From positions 372,001 to 436,000 of the forward strand of contig JASTWF010000338.1 in the NCBI GenBank assembly GCA_030390025.1: DNA of 64,000 nt, read 5' to 3'. A program made the position numbers and the translations under genes. Of the stretch, positions 1 through 13,254 are shown piece by piece. The notes beneath the pieces were generated by a model. The model was not told where the DNA came from and did not search any database. It was given only the letters and a program-made list of their open reading frames with translations. How positions within the stretch are numbered: position 1 is the first letter of the stretch; each line of letters opens with the position of its first letter. Source of the stretch: Squalus acanthias. Taxonomy: Eukaryota.

Positions 1-76
1 CATAGAAACTAGAATTGTCTGTTCTGAATTTCTATCCTGTACTGACAGTGATGACTTTTGTAAACTCCTTTTACAG

Positions 77-1343
77 GCTATTAGAAGGGGAGGATTTACA
101 GACGGGAAACTCAAACCAAACATCACATCAAACATCAACAAACTTAACTCAAACATCACATCAAACATCAACTCAAACCAAACAACACAGACATCTGACA
201 GAGTCACTCCATTCATCAGGACCTGAATATCATCGGCCTTTGAATGTGGAAGGAGAAATGTTTGTCTGTTCTGTCTGTGGGAAAAGATTTCAAACATCAG
301 TGTGACTGGAAAAGCACCGAGACACACACACCCGAGTGAGAGTGTTCCAGTGCACTGACTGTGGAAAGAGCTTTAACCAGTTACACAGCCTGAAAAAACA
401 TCGCACCGTTCACAGAGGGGAGAAACCGTACACGTGTTCTGTATGTGGACGAGGCTTCAACTGATCGTCCAACCTGGAGAGACACAAGGACACCCGCACC
501 ACGGAGAAACCGTGGAAATGTGGGGACTGTGGGAAGGGATTCAATTACCCATCCCAGCTGGAAACCCATCGACGCAGTCACACTGGGGAGAGACCGTTCA
601 CCTGCTCCGTGTGTGGGAAGGGATTCACTAAATCATCCCACCTTCTGACACACCGGCGTATTCACACTGGGGAGAGGCCGTTCACCTGCTCCGTGTGTGG
701 GAAGGGATTCAGTCTGTTATGTAACATGCTCAGACACCAAGCTGTTCACACTGTTGGCACACAGTTTAATAGCTCCGTGTGTGGGAATGAATTCACTCAA
801 TCATATAACCTGCTGAAACACCAGCAAGTTCACACTGACGAGAGTCTGTTGAAATGTTCTAACTGTGTGAAGTGCTTTAAAAGCTGTGAGGAACTGATTA
901 AACACCTGGGCGTTCACACTGGGGAGAGATCGTTCACTTGCTCCCTGTGTGGGAAGGGATTCACTAACTCCTCCAGGCTCACTGAACACCAACTTGTTCA
1001 CACTGATAAGAGACCATTTAAATGTTCTGACTGTGAGAAGAGCTTTAAAAGCAAAAAGTATCTGTTCAGACACCAACATACTCACACAGGGGAGAGGCCG
1101 TTCACCTGCTCCGTGTGTGGGAAGGGATTCACTCAGTCATCCACCCTGCTGAGACACCAGCATGTTCACACTGGGGAGAGGCCGTTCAGCTGCTGTGTGT
1201 GTGGGAAGGGATTCACCCGTTCATCCAGCCTGCTGAGACACCAGCGAGCTCACACTGGGGAGAGGCCGTTCACCTGCTCTGAGTGTGGGAAGGGATTCGC
1301 CCGTTCATCCAGCCTGCTGACACATCAGCGAGTTCACAAGTGA
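77..1343 (+). CDS. C2H2 zinc-finger gene, coding exon (9 intact + 1 degenerate finger downstream of two in-frame TGA codons); possibly a pseudogene
   Basis: Splice acceptor ttttacag ends at 76. One reading frame runs to TGA 1341-1343, with CxxC-12-HxxxH fingers and TGERPF linkers. In-frame TGA at 303-305 and 462-464; ACG at 501 where a paralogue has ATG. Confidence 0.8.
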
Positions 1344-1370
1344 CTGCAGGGATTGGATTCTGCTTTTATT

Positions 1371-4300
1371 CATAGAATCATGGAAGATAGGAGCAGGAGT
1401 AGGCCATTCGGCCCCTCAAGCCTGCTCCGCCATTCAATGCGATCATGGCTGATCATCCAAATTCAGTACCCTGTCCCTTTCTCCCCATATCCCTTGATCC
1501 CTTTAGCCTTAAGAAATATATCCAACTACTTCTTGAATCTATTTAATGAATTGGCCTCTACTGCCTTCTGTGGCAGAGAATTCCATAGGTTCACCACTCT
1601 CTGGGTGAAGAAATTACTCCTCATTTCTGTCCTAAATGGCTTACCCCTTATACTTAGACTGTGACCCCTGGTTCTGGACTCCCCGACCATCGGGAACATC
1701 CTTCCTGCATCTAGTTTGTCCTGTCCTGTCAGAATTTTCTAAGTTTCAATGAGATCCCCTCTCATTCTTCTAAACTCCAGCGAGTATAAGCCCAATTGAC
1801 CCAATCTCTCTTCATACGTCATTCCTGCCATCCCAGATATCAGCCTTGTGAATCTTCGCTGAACTCCTTCCATGGCAAGAACATCCTTCCTCAGATAAGG
1901 TGACCAAAACTGCACACACTACTAAAGGTGTGGTCTCACCAAGGCCCTGTACAACTGCAGCAAGACACCCTTGTTCCTGTACTCAAATCCTCTCGCTATG
2001 AAGGCCAACATACCATTTGCCTTCTTAACCGCCTGCTGCACCTGCATGCTTACCTTCAGCAACTGGTGCACAAGGACTCCCAGGTCTCGTTGCACTTCCC
2101 CTTCTCCCAATCTATTGCCATTCAGATAATCTGCCTTTCTGTTTTTGACACCAAAGTGGATAACCTCGCATTTATCCACGTTATATTGCATCTGCCACGC
2201 TTCTGCCCAATCACCCAACCTGTCCAAATCATCCTGGAGTTTCTCGGCATCCTCCTCGCAGCACACACGCCCACCCAGTTTTGTGTCGTCTGCAAACTTG
2301 GAGATATTACATCTAGTTCCCTTGTCTAGATCATTAATATATATTGTGAATAGCTGGGGTCCAAGGACCGATCCCTGCGGTACCCCACTAGTCACTACCT
2401 GCCACTCGGAAAAAGACCCGTTTATTCCAACTCTTTGCTTTCTGTCTGCCAACCAGTTCTCTATCCAAGTCAATACCTTGCCCCCAATCCCATGTGCCTT
2501 AACTTTACACGCTAATCTCTTATGCGGGACCTTATCAAAAGACTTTTGGAAGTCCAAATACACCACATCCACTGGTTCTCCCTTATCTATCTTACCAGTT
2601 ACATCCTCAAAAAATTCCAGTAGATTAGTCAAGCATGATTTACCTTTTGTAAATCCATGTTGACTTTGTCCGATCCTGTCACTGTTTTTCAAGTGCTCAG
2701 CTATTACATCTTTTATAATGGACTCTAGCATTTTCCCCACTACCGATGTCAGGCTTACCGGTCTGTAATTCCCCGTTTTCTCTCTACCACCCTTTTTGAA
2801 TAGTGGGGTTACATTAGCTACCCTCCAATCCATGGGTACTGTTCCAGATTCCATCGAATGTTGGAAGATGATCAGCAATGCATCTACTATTTCTAGGGCC
2901 ACTTCCTTAAGTACCCTAGGATGTAGATTATCAGGCCCTGGGGATTTATCGGCCTTCAAACCCTTCAATTTCCCTAACACCATTTCCCTACAAATACTGA
3001 TTTCTTTCAGTTCCTCCCTTTCATCAGACCCTATGTTCCCCAACATGTCTGGGAGGTTATTTGTGTCCTCCTTTGTGAAGACAGAACCAAAATATGTATT
3101 TAATTGGTCTGACATTTCTTTGTTCCCCATTATAAGTTCCCCCGCTTCTGACTGCAAGGGACCTGTGCTTGATTTTACTAATCTTTTTCTCTTCGCATAT
3201 CTATAAAAGTTTTTACAGTCAGTTTTTATGTTCCCTGAAAGCTTACTCTCGTATTCTATTTTCCCCTTCTTAATTAATCCCTTTGTCCTCCTTTGTTGAT
3301 TCTTAAACTGCTCCCAATCCACAGGGTTACTGCTTTTTCTGGCCAATTTATATGCCCTCTCCTTGGATCTTATGCTATCCCTAATTTCCCTTGTTAGCCA
3401 CGGTTGAGTCACCCTTTTTGTTTTATTCTTATGCCAAACTGGGATGAACAAATTCTGTAGTCCGTCCATGCGGTCTTTGAATGTTTGCCATTGCCTATCC
3501 ACCGTCAATCCTTTGAGTGACATTCCCCAATCAATCCTACCCAACTCGCACCTCATATCATCGTAGTTTCCTTTATTTAAATTCAGGACCCTAGTCTCTG
3601 AGTCAACTACTTCACTCTCCATCCTAATGAAGAATTCTATCATATTATGATCGCTCCGACCCAAGGGGCCTCGCACAACAAGATTGCTAATTAATCCTTT
3701 CTCATTGCATAATACCCAGTCTAAGATGGCCTGATCTCTGGTTGGTTCCTCGACATATTGGTCCAGGAAACCATCCCGTAAACACTCCAGGAATTCCTTC
3801 TCCATAGTATTGTTACTAATTTGGTTAGCCCAATCTATATGTAGATTAAAGTCACCCATGATGACTGCTGTGCCCTTATTGCACGCTTCTCTAATTTCCC
3901 TTTTAATGCCATCCCTAACCTCCGCATTACTGTTTGGAGGTCTATATATCACTCCCACTAACGTTTTCTGCCCCTTGTTATTTCTCAGTTCAACCCATAC
4001 AGATTCCACATCATCAGAGCTAATATCCTTCCTTTCAATTGTGTTAATCCCCTCTTTAACCAGCAATGCTACCCCACCTCTCTTTCCTTTTTGCCTATCT
4101 TTCCTGAATATTGAGTACCCCTGGATATTGAGTTCCCAGCCTTGGCCACCCTGGAGCCATGTTTCGGTAATCCCAATCAAATCATATTCGTTTACCTCTA
4201 TTTGCGCAGCTAATTCGTACACCTTGTTCCGAATGCTCCTTGCATTAAGACACAAAGCCTTCAGGCTTGTTTTTTTAACACTCTTAGACCTATTAGAATT

Positions 4301-4531
4301 AGTATTTACTGTGGCCATGTTTGATTTAAACCGTTGTTTTCTCTGACTGCAACTTTTGTTTTTCTCCTTCCTATCTTTTGCTTTTATCCTTGTTTCCCTT
4401 TCCTCTGTCTCCCTGCTCAGGTTCCCAACCCCCTGCCATTTTAGTTTAAACCCTCCCCCAGAGCACTAGCAAACACTCCCCCTAGGACATCGGTCCCGGC
4501 TCTGCCCAGGTGCAGACCGTCAGGTGCAGGT
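1371..4531 (-). mobile_element. CR1-clade LINE, 5'-truncated: end of ORF1 plus ORF2 (APE endonuclease + RT), inserted in the ZNF 3' UTR
   Basis: ORF 1922..4318 has LNARSI, ITETWL, GDFN, SDH, GVPQGSVLGP and FADD, then a frameshift near 1920. ORF1 tail DGLH...GEGLN* (SGNH-like) at ~4443-4520. 3' tail near 1371. Confidence 0.92.
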
Positions 4532-4866
4532 ATTGCTGCTGTTAATCACATCAAGGACTGAACCATGTTCATTCTGACATTTGGGGTTTGTTTCTGCTGA
4601 TCTTAATAACTGGGCTGGAATTTAATATTCTGAATATCTGTCGAATAAATCAGCTTTGCTTCAAATACACAGTGTGTCGACTATTTAATTTCTCCAAGAT
4701 AAGAGGAGACTAATTGATGTCCTGTTACTGACTGCTCCATTTTGGGGCGTTTCACCTTTCTAACTCTAGATTATTTCATGATGCGGAGATGCCGGTGTTG
4801 GACTGGGATGGACAAAAATGAGAAGTCGCACAACACCAGGTTATAGTCCAACAGATTTATTTAAAA

Positions 4867-4904
4867 TTACAAGCTTTCGGAGCTGTCGCCCCTTCCTCAG
4901 GTAA
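4867..4904 (-). ncRNA. Minimal type I hammerhead ribozyme (Penelope pLTR)
   Basis: Minus strand reads UUAC-CUGAGGA-A-GGGGC-GACA-GCUCC-GAA-AGCU-U-GUAA: conserved core, stem II, palindromic stem III, stem I UUAC/GUAA. Confidence 0.75.
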
Positions 4905-5312
4905 AGGTACAATGAGTGAATCTACAATATTACACGGTATATAAACACAGAAACTGCAGAGATACAATCTTTCAGGGAGGCCTTACATCAAAGACACACC
5001 AGAGCACAGCCAAGACAATGAGATGAGTCACAGGGGGTCCAACGTGTCAAATCCTGCTGTCTGCAGTTTTTTTTTGTGTTTTTTTTTAAAACTGGAAAGA
5101 CAGACAACGATGTCGAGTCACGTTCTGTCGCGTGACATAAACCCGATATCCCTATTGAGGCCATCCTCATGGGTGCGGAACAAGGCTATCAGTTTCTGCT
5201 CGATGATTTTGCGTTGTCGTGTGTCTCGAAGGCCGCCTTGGAGAACGCTAACCCGCAGATCCGAGGCTGAATGTCCTTGACTGCTGAAGTGTTCCCCGAC
5301 TGGGAGGTAAGA

Positions 5313-5348
5313 ACCTGAGGAAGGGGCGACAGCTCCGAAAGCTTGTAA
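5313..5348 (+). ncRNA. Minimal type I hammerhead ribozyme, inverted copy (stem I shortened)
   Basis: AC-CTGAGGA-A-GGGGC-GACA-GCTCC-GAA-AGCT-T-GTAA. Confidence 0.65.
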
Positions 5349-5899
5349 TTTTAAATAAATCTGTTGGACTATAACCTGGTGTTGTGCGACTTCTCATAGA
5401 TTATTTCAGTTCCCATACCTTCGGTTACTCTCATGGACAAGTCTCAGCTCCCCAAACCTTCCAGAGTGCCTCTCCCAGCCTTGGTATCCAGGGAAGGTAT
5501 CGGTAACACGCCCGGGATCACTAAACACAAACCCAGTCTGTTAATCACTGTCAGCTACTGGACTTAGCGTGTGCCCCACAGCATCTCTCTCACCTTCGAT
5601 GTGTGAATAGAGCATCGCGCCTGTAAACTGCGTTTTGAATTTGCCCTTGCCCTGGGTTTTCCGATGAGCTTGTCCTGGGGCCCAGTGAGCCTTCACTGCT
5701 CCGGGGTATTTCCGGGCATGTCCTCACTGCCCCTGGAATTCCCACACATTGCCCCCTGGGTGTGAGGCCAGCGCTCTGTGCCTTTTAAACACTGGAGTGA
5801 AGCCGAGTCCTGCAGGCACACAGTCACCAGGAGGAGTTTCTAACTGTTCGGACCGACCTTTTGGGGAGATGATCCCACTTTTGGGCCGGTTGTGGTTTC

Positions 5900-7025
5900 T
5901 TCCCACTGTCCCGTTGCTTGTTCCCTTGGATTGGATCTTTATTTGTTCCCTTTGGTTTGGTTTCAGTTTCACTGCTGGACCCACCACTCAAAGCACTTTG
6001 TCTGATCTGCCCCCAGGAATGAGCAGACTCCTCCCTCACCTCACACACTGCACCATCTATGTTTAAATGAGGGGAGAGTGTAAACCCGGGGAGTCCGCCG
6101 GATTCACCGGGCGAAATGTACCAGTGGCAGCGATGGACCAGGAGTGGAGTTTCAGCCTCGATATCTCACTCCCTCCACACAAGTCCAGATCAGCATCAGT
6201 CCCCCGCCCCGGATTCACCTCCTCCACCCCTTGAAGCCCAATCGGGTGAAAGAAGGACACCCTCTGTATAAAGAGACTCCTTGTGTTCTCTCCCACCACT
6301 CGAATCCCTCAGATATCTGGAGAAGTGCACAGACTCACAGCTAAGGGTTCGACAGTCAATGGAAACACCAGGGGGGCAATGGACCCCCTGCCCAGAACCC
6401 TGAACGGTTCAAAAGGGACCGACCCAATCCCATTGGTGATCATTAAAGGTGGAGGGTGAGAGCATGGTGAGGAGACCCACTGAGTGAATGTTTCAAACCC
6501 CATCGACTCCAACAGCATCTCCAGAGAGACTCTCAACTCGGGACAAAGTCTTCTGAGAACGAACGGAGAGGGCAAGGGATGGGATCTGCCACAGAACCTG
6601 CAGCCTGGGGAGTGTTTAATAGTCATCAGATCAAACCTTCCTCGCAAACATTGGACAACCATCAACCGCCTCAGAAACGGTCATGGTAGATGCTGCCACC
6701 TTCTCCATAGATGGAAGATTAAAGCATCCCCATCATGTGACTGTGGAGCTCCTGATCAGACCCTGGAGCCCATCATTGAGCACTGCCCTCAGAGGAAATT
6801 CACAGGCAGCCTACAAGATACCCACGCTGTTACACAGGAAGCTTTGGCCTGGATATCTGACTTAGATATTGACATTTGATTTGCTTTGCTATTATCATAC
6901 GAAAAAAGAATAAGAAGATCGGACTTTATCTGAGAGTCTCCTTCAGACAGAGCCTGTCTGATCGGGTGGGGATCGGCGAATCAGACCCATTCAGGTGAAG
7001 GTTTAGACAATATCTTTGAATCACC
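5900..7025 (-). pseudogene. Highly decayed L1/Tx1-clade RT fragment, interrupted by a younger element
   Basis: Minus-strand translation LEMLLESMGFETFTQWV...PFRVLGRGSIAPLVFPLTVEPLAVSL..PDI*GIRV resembles L1 RT motifs (GFG..F..W; RQGCPLSPLLF.L..EPLA). Boundaries approximate. Confidence 0.45.
6625..6918 (+). mobile_element. 3' end of a Vingi/Ingi-like (I-group) non-LTR retrotransposon
   Basis: LPRKHWTTINRLRNGHGRC..LLHRWKIKASPSCDCGAPDQTLEPIIEHCP (C-terminal zinc-knuckle region), then a short UTR and GAA-rich tail. Confidence 0.6.
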
Positions 7026-7029
7026 ATTG

Positions 7030-7555
7030 AGAGGGGAGATGGGTCTGTGGGCCCTGTCCCCAGGAACCCTGGTCTGTTACAAGATAAGGGAGATGGGTCT
7101 GTGGGGTCTGTCCCCAGGAACCCTGGACTGTTACAGGATAAGGGAGATGGGTCTGTCCCCAGGAACCCTGCCTGACCAGTCCCCATTTCTCCTCCATTTA
7201 CAGACGCTCCCTGACCAGTCACCATTTCTCCTCCATTTACAGACGCTCCCTGACCAGTCTCCATTTCTCCTCCATTTACAGATGCTCCCTGACCAGACAC
7301 CATTTCTCCTCCATTTACAGATGCTCCCTGACCAGTCACCATTTCTCCTCCATTTCCAGACACTCCCTGACCAGTCACCATTACTCCTCCATTTACAGAC
7401 GCTCCCTAACCAGTCACCATTTCTCCTCCATTTACAGACGCTCCCTAACCAGTCACCATTTCTCCTCCATTTCCAGACGCTCCCTGACCAGTCTCCATTT
7501 ACAGATGCTCCCTGACCAGTCTCCATTTCTTCTCCATTTACAGACGCTCCCTGAC
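7030..7555. repeat. Compound minisatellite: ~54-bp unit (~2.5 copies), then 39-bp unit (~10 copies)
   Basis: Unit gacgctccctgaccagtcaccatttctcctccatttaca; 13-aa periodicity in the overlapping ORFs. Confidence 0.9.
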
Positions 7556-7737
7556 TTGCTGCCTGGCCCTTCACTCTACACGGCCTGACCTTGGTCATCT
7601 TCTAGATCTTACATACTGTTTATGGATAGCAAGCTGGTTACAAAACAGAGAGCAGGGGTTGGGAGTAGCTACTCAGACTGGCAAAAGGTGGGAAGTGGTG
7701 TTCCACAGGGATTGGTGCTGGGACCACAGTGGTTCAT

Positions 7738-10700
7738 ACACAAGAACATAAGGAATAGGAGCAGGAGTAGGCCAATCAGCCCCTCGAGCCTGCTCCGCCA
7801 TTCAATAAGATCATGGCTGATCTGATCCTCACCTCAAATCTAAAGAACACAAGAAGTAGGAGCAGGACCCGGCCACTCAGCCCCTGGGCCCGCTACGCCA
7901 CCCACAGGGCCTCGACCGATCCGAACTCAGCCTCATGTCCAATTTCCTGCCCGCTCCCTGTAACCCCTAATTCCCTTTACCTCTAGGAAACTGTCTATTT
8001 CTGTTTTAAATTTATTTAATGATGTAGCTTCCACAGCTTCCTGGGGCAGCAAATTCCACAGACCTACTACCCTCTGAGTGAAGAAGTTTCTCCTCATCTC
8101 AGTTTTGAAAGAGCAGCCCCTTATTCTAAGATTATGCCCCCTAGTTCTAGTTTCACCCATCCTTGGGAACATCCTTACCGCATCCACCCGATCAAGCCCC
8201 TTCACAATCTTATATGTTTCAATAAGATCGCCTCTCATTCTTCTGAACTCCAATGAGTAGAGTCCCAATCTACTCAACCTCTCCTCATATGTCCACCCCC
8301 TCATCCCCGGGATTAACCGAGTGAACCTTCTTTGTACTGCCTCGAGAGCAAGTATGTCTTTTCTTAAGTATGGACACCAAAACTGTATGCAGTATTCCAG
8401 GTGCGGTCTCACCAATACCTTATATAACTGCAGCAATACCTCCCTGTTTTTATAATCTATCCCCCTAGCAATAAAAGCCAACATTCCGTTGGCCTTCTTG
8501 ATCACCTGCTGCACCTGCATACTAACTTTTTGATTTTCTTGCACTCGGACCCCCAGATCCCTTTGTACTGCAGTACTTTCCAGTTTCTCGCCATTAAGAT
8601 AATAACTTGCTCTCTGATTTTTCCTGCCAAAGTGCATAACCTCACATTTTCCAATATTGTATTGCATCTGCCAAATCTCCGCCCACTCACCCAGCCTGTC
8701 CATATCCCCTTGTAGGTTTTTTATGTCCTCCTCACTTTCTACTTTCCCTCCCATCTTTGTATCATCTGCGAACTTTGATATGTTACACTCGGCCCCCTCC
8801 TCTAAATCGTTAATATAGATTGTAAAGAGTTGGGGACCCAGCACCGACCCCTGCGGAACACCACTGGCTACTGGTTGCCAGTCCGAGAATGAACCATTTA
8901 TCCCAACTCTCTGCTTCCTGTTAGATAACCAATCCTCCACCCATGCCAGAATATTACCCCCAATCCAGTGATTTTTTATCTTGAGCAATAATCTTTTATG
9001 TGGCACCTTGTCGAATGCCTTCTGGAAGTCTAAATACACTACGTCCACAGGTTCCCCTTTATCCACCCTGTACGTTATGTCCTCAAAGAACTCAAGCAAA
9101 TTTGTCAGACATGACTTCCCCTTCATAAAGCCATGCTGACTTTGTCCTATTAAATTATGTTTATCTAAATGTTCCGTTACTGTCTCCTTAATAATAGATT
9201 CCAAAATTTTACCCACCACAGATGTTAGGCTAACTGGTCTATAATTTCCAGCCTTCTGCCTACTACCCTTTTTAAATAAGGGTGTTACATTAGCAGTTTT
9301 CCAATCTGCCGGGACCTTTGCTGAGTCCAGGGAATTTTGGAAAATTATTACCAAAGCATCCACAATCCCTACTGCCACTTCCCTCAAGACCCTAGGATGT
9401 AAGCCATCAGGTCCAGGGGATTTATCCGCCTTGAGTCCCATTATTTTACTGAGTACCAATTCCTTAGTGATTTTAATTGTATTTAGCTCCTCCCCCCCTA
9501 GAGCCCCCTGTTTGTCCAGTGTTGGGATATTCTTAGTGTCCTCTACCGTAAAGACTGAAACAAAATATTTGTTCAGCATTTTTGCCATCTCCATGTTTCC
9601 CACCATTAATTTCCCGGTCTCATCCTCTAAGGGACCTACGTTTGCCTTAGCCACCCTTTTTCTTTTTATATAACTATAGAAACTCTTGCTATCTGTTTTT
9701 ATATTTTTTGCTCATTTAATTTCATAATCTATCTTCCCTTTCTTAATCAATCCTTTAGTTACTTTTTGCTGTCTTTTGAAGACTTCCCAATCTTCTATCC
9801 TCCCACTAAGTTTGGCTACCTTATATGTCCTTGTTTTTAGTTGGATACTATCCTTAATTTCTTTACTTAGCCACGGATGGCTGTCATTTCTTTTACACCC
9901 TTTTTTCCTCAGTGGAATATATATTTTTTGAAAGTTGTAAAATAACTCCTTAAATGAACACCACTGCTCATGTACCGTCTTACCCTTTAATCTATTTTCC
10001 CAGTCCACTTTAATCAATTCCGCTCTCATACCATCATAGTCTCCTTTATTCAAGCTCAATACGCTTGTTTGAGAACCAACCTTCTCATCCTCTAATTGGA
10101 TATGGAATTCAACCATGTTATGGTCACTCATTCCAAGGGGATCCTTAACTAGGACATTATTAATTTATCCTGACTCATTACACAGGACCAGGTCCAAGGT
10201 TGCTTGCCCCCTTGTAGGATCAGTTACATACTGCTCAAGAAATCCATCCCTAATACACTCAATAAACTCTTCCTCAAGGCTGCCCTGCCCAATTTGATTT
10301 GTCCAGTTAATATGATAGTTAAAATCCCCCATAATTATAGCTGTTCCCTTATTACATGCCCCAACTATTTCCTGATTAAGACTTCTTCCAGCAGAGTTGC
10401 AACTATTAGGAGGCCTATATACTACTCCCACTAGTGTTTTTTTCCCCTTATTATTCCTTATCTCCACCCAAACTGTTTCATTATCCTGATCCTTTGACCC
10501 AATATCATTTCTCAGTATTACAGTGATTCCTTCCTTTATTAACATAGACACCCCACCTCCCCTTCCTTCCTGCCTGTCCTTCCTGATTGTTAAATACCCT
10601 GGCATATTTAATTCCCAGTCGTTGTCACCCTGCAGCCATGTTTCTGTAATGGCCACAAGATCATAACCATACGTAGTTATTTGTGCCGTTAACTCGTCCA

Positions 10701-10825
10701 TTTTGTTACGAATGCTACGTGCATTCAGATAAAGAACTTTCAAATATGTTTTGTGACACTTAGTTCCTGCTTTTTCCTTTTTTAACACTTTACCTTTTAC
10801 TCCATACCTTCTGTCCATTCCTGAC
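7738..10825 (-). mobile_element. CR1-clade LINE (second family), ORF2 endonuclease + RT broken by frameshifts
   Basis: ORFs 10165..10818 (LNARSI, ITETWL, GDFN), 9712..10131 and 7933..9654 (LDFQKAFDKV, GVPQGSVLGP, FADD). 3' tail aagaacataagg. Confidence 0.92.
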
Positions 10826-11869
10826 AGTGTGGAGGGAGCTGCACTCTGTATCTAACCCGTGCTGTACCTGCCCTGGGAGTGTTTGATGGATGTCAGGTCC
10901 AGGTACAGTTTCATTTTTACCATCACTTGCACCGATCATCACACACTGGAGGTTTATATCAGGAGCTTGTGTGTGATGGTGAGGTGATCACTGGACAATA
11001 AAGTGCAGAGACTGGTGGGTGGCTGCTCATTATCCTCGGTGTGATTTAATCCCCTTTCCCACTGAATACTGCGGACAGACAGGCTCACCTTGGGAACCGA
11101 ATGGTCATTGTGACATCACTTTCTAAACAAGAGCCCACCAGACAATGGGTTCTCAATAAATGTTAAAGGGATTCAACGCTCTGAAGTTACACTGTGAATA
11201 AAGGAAATAAAATGCTGATCAATAAAGGCTGAAGATAATGATTTATCTCTGTGGAATGTGCTTGCACACATTAAGAATGATGAGCTTTGTGCACACACAC
11301 ACAGCAAACACATTGTGAGGCTCTTTTCAGTTGTTGCTCTGAACCCGCTGAGAGCTGGTGAACTTGGTGGGCATTAGGACCCTGCGGCCGCCCATCCGGC
11401 GGTGCTGTGAGGTCACGGTTCCAGGCTCTGTCTCACCCAATCAGTGGGTCCCGCCAAAGCTCAATAGAAAATACTGCAGCAAAAACAATCCTGAACATTC
11501 ACAAACTGGGAGCAATCGGCACAGCACAACACAAGTGTGAATTAGTAAACTTTAACACACAGAGTCTGTCACTAATTAGTACAAAGTGCAGGGCACTATT
11601 GCTCACCTTCAGTCCTGTCCCTCAATCCCAGCTCATCTCTGGGGGATTGTTACAAGGTTCACCCCGTCCTTTCAACACAGATATTACCCACATAATCCCA
11701 CATCAATTAGACATTGCACACAGCTTCTGACAGTTATTAACAAGACTAGACCGATGCTTCAAACCAAAAAATGATTGCATCCTCCCATCCACTCAAATAT
11801 ATTGTCTTTATTTATATTAATTAATTTCTGTCTGTCGTGTGTGTGGGAGTGAGTGCAGTAATAACTCAG

Positions 11870-13212
11870 ACATAGTCTAGTAAACAGAGACAGGGTCTAG
11901 TGTAATATAAACAGAGACAGGGTCTAGTGTAATATAAACAGAGACAGTGTAATATAAACAGAGACAGGGTCTAGTGTAATATAAACAGAGACAGGGCCTA
12001 GTGTAATATAAACAGAGACAGTGTCTCGTCTAATATAAACCAAGACAGGGTCTAGTGTAATACAAACAGAGATAGGGTCTAGTGTAATATAAACAGAGAC
12101 AGGGTCTAGTGTAATACAAACAGAGACAGGGTCTACTGTAATATAAACAGAGACAGGGTCTAGTGTAATATAAACAGAGACAGGGTCTAGTGTAATATAA
12201 TACAGAGACAGGGTCTAGTGTAATATAAACAGAGACAGGGTCCAGTGTAATACAAACAGAGACAGGGTCTACTGTAATATAAACAGAGACAGGGTCTACT
12301 GTAATATAAACAGAGACAGGGTCTACTGTAATATAAACAGAGACAGGGTCTACTGTAATATAAACAGAGACAGGGTCTAGTGAAAAAAAACAGAGACAGG
12401 GTCTAGTGTAATAGAGACAGGGACTAGCGTAATATAAACGGAGACAGGGTCTAGTGTGATATAAACAGAGACAGGGTCTAGTGTGATATAAACAGAGACA
12501 GTGTCCAGTGTAATATAAACAGAGACAGGGTCTAGTGTAATATAAACTGACACAGGGTCGAGTTTAATATAAACAGAGACAGGGTCTAGCGTAATATAAA
12601 CAGAGACAGGGTCTAGCGTAATATAAACAGAGACAGGTTCTAGTGTAATATAAACAGAGACAGGGTCCAGTGTAATATAAACAGAGACAGGGTCTAGTGT
12701 AATATAAACTGACACAGGGTCGAGTTTAATATAAACAGAGACAGGGTCTAGCGTAATATAAACAGAGACAGGGTCTAGCGTAATATAAACAGAGACAGGT
12801 TCTAGTGTAATATAAACAGAGACAGGGTCCAGTGTAATATAAACAGAGACAGGGTCTAGTGTAATATAAACAGAGACAGGGTCTAGTGTAATATAATCAG
12901 AGACAGGGTCTAGTGTAATATAATCAGAGACAGGGTCTAGTATAATATAAACAGAGACAGTGTCCAGTGTAATATAAACAGAGACAGGGTCTAGTGTAAT
13001 ATAAACTGAGACAGGGTCGAGTGTAATATAAACAGAGACAGGGTCTAGTGTAATATAAACAGAGACAGGGTCTAGCGTAATATAAACAGAGACAGGGTCT
13101 AGTGTAATACAAACAGAGACAGGGTCTAGTGTAATATAAACAGAGACAGGGTCTAGTGTAATATAAACAGAGACAGGGTCTAGTGTAATATAATCAGAGA
13201 TAGGGTCTAGTG
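11870..13212. repeat. 27-bp minisatellite, ~49 copies
   Basis: Unit aaacagagacagggtctagtgtaatat. Confidence 0.95.
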
Positions 13213-13254
13213 CCAGGATATCGGGTCAGGCCCACCACGTAAAATGAGTTTGAC

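Larger units (their letters stand above)
4779..5396 (-). mobile_element. Short Penelope-like element: GIY-YIG C-terminal fragment flanked by inverted pseudo-LTRs, with 12-bp TSD
   Basis: Minus strand ~5130-5308 reads LPVGEHFSSQGHSASDLRVSVLQGGLRDTRQRKIIEQKLIALFRTHEDGLNRD. Inverted repeats 4818-4902 / 5313-5397. TSD TAGATTATTTCA at 4767-4778 and 5397-5408. Confidence 0.85.

Noticed and set aside
303..464. Selenocysteine decoding of the ZNF UGA codons
   Set aside because: The UGAs are not at Cys ligand positions and I could not identify a SECIS element.
1928..4346. Plus-strand ORFs antisense to CR1, and similar shadows over pol, env and Penelope
   Set aside because: Antisense shadows of real coding frames with no independent motifs.
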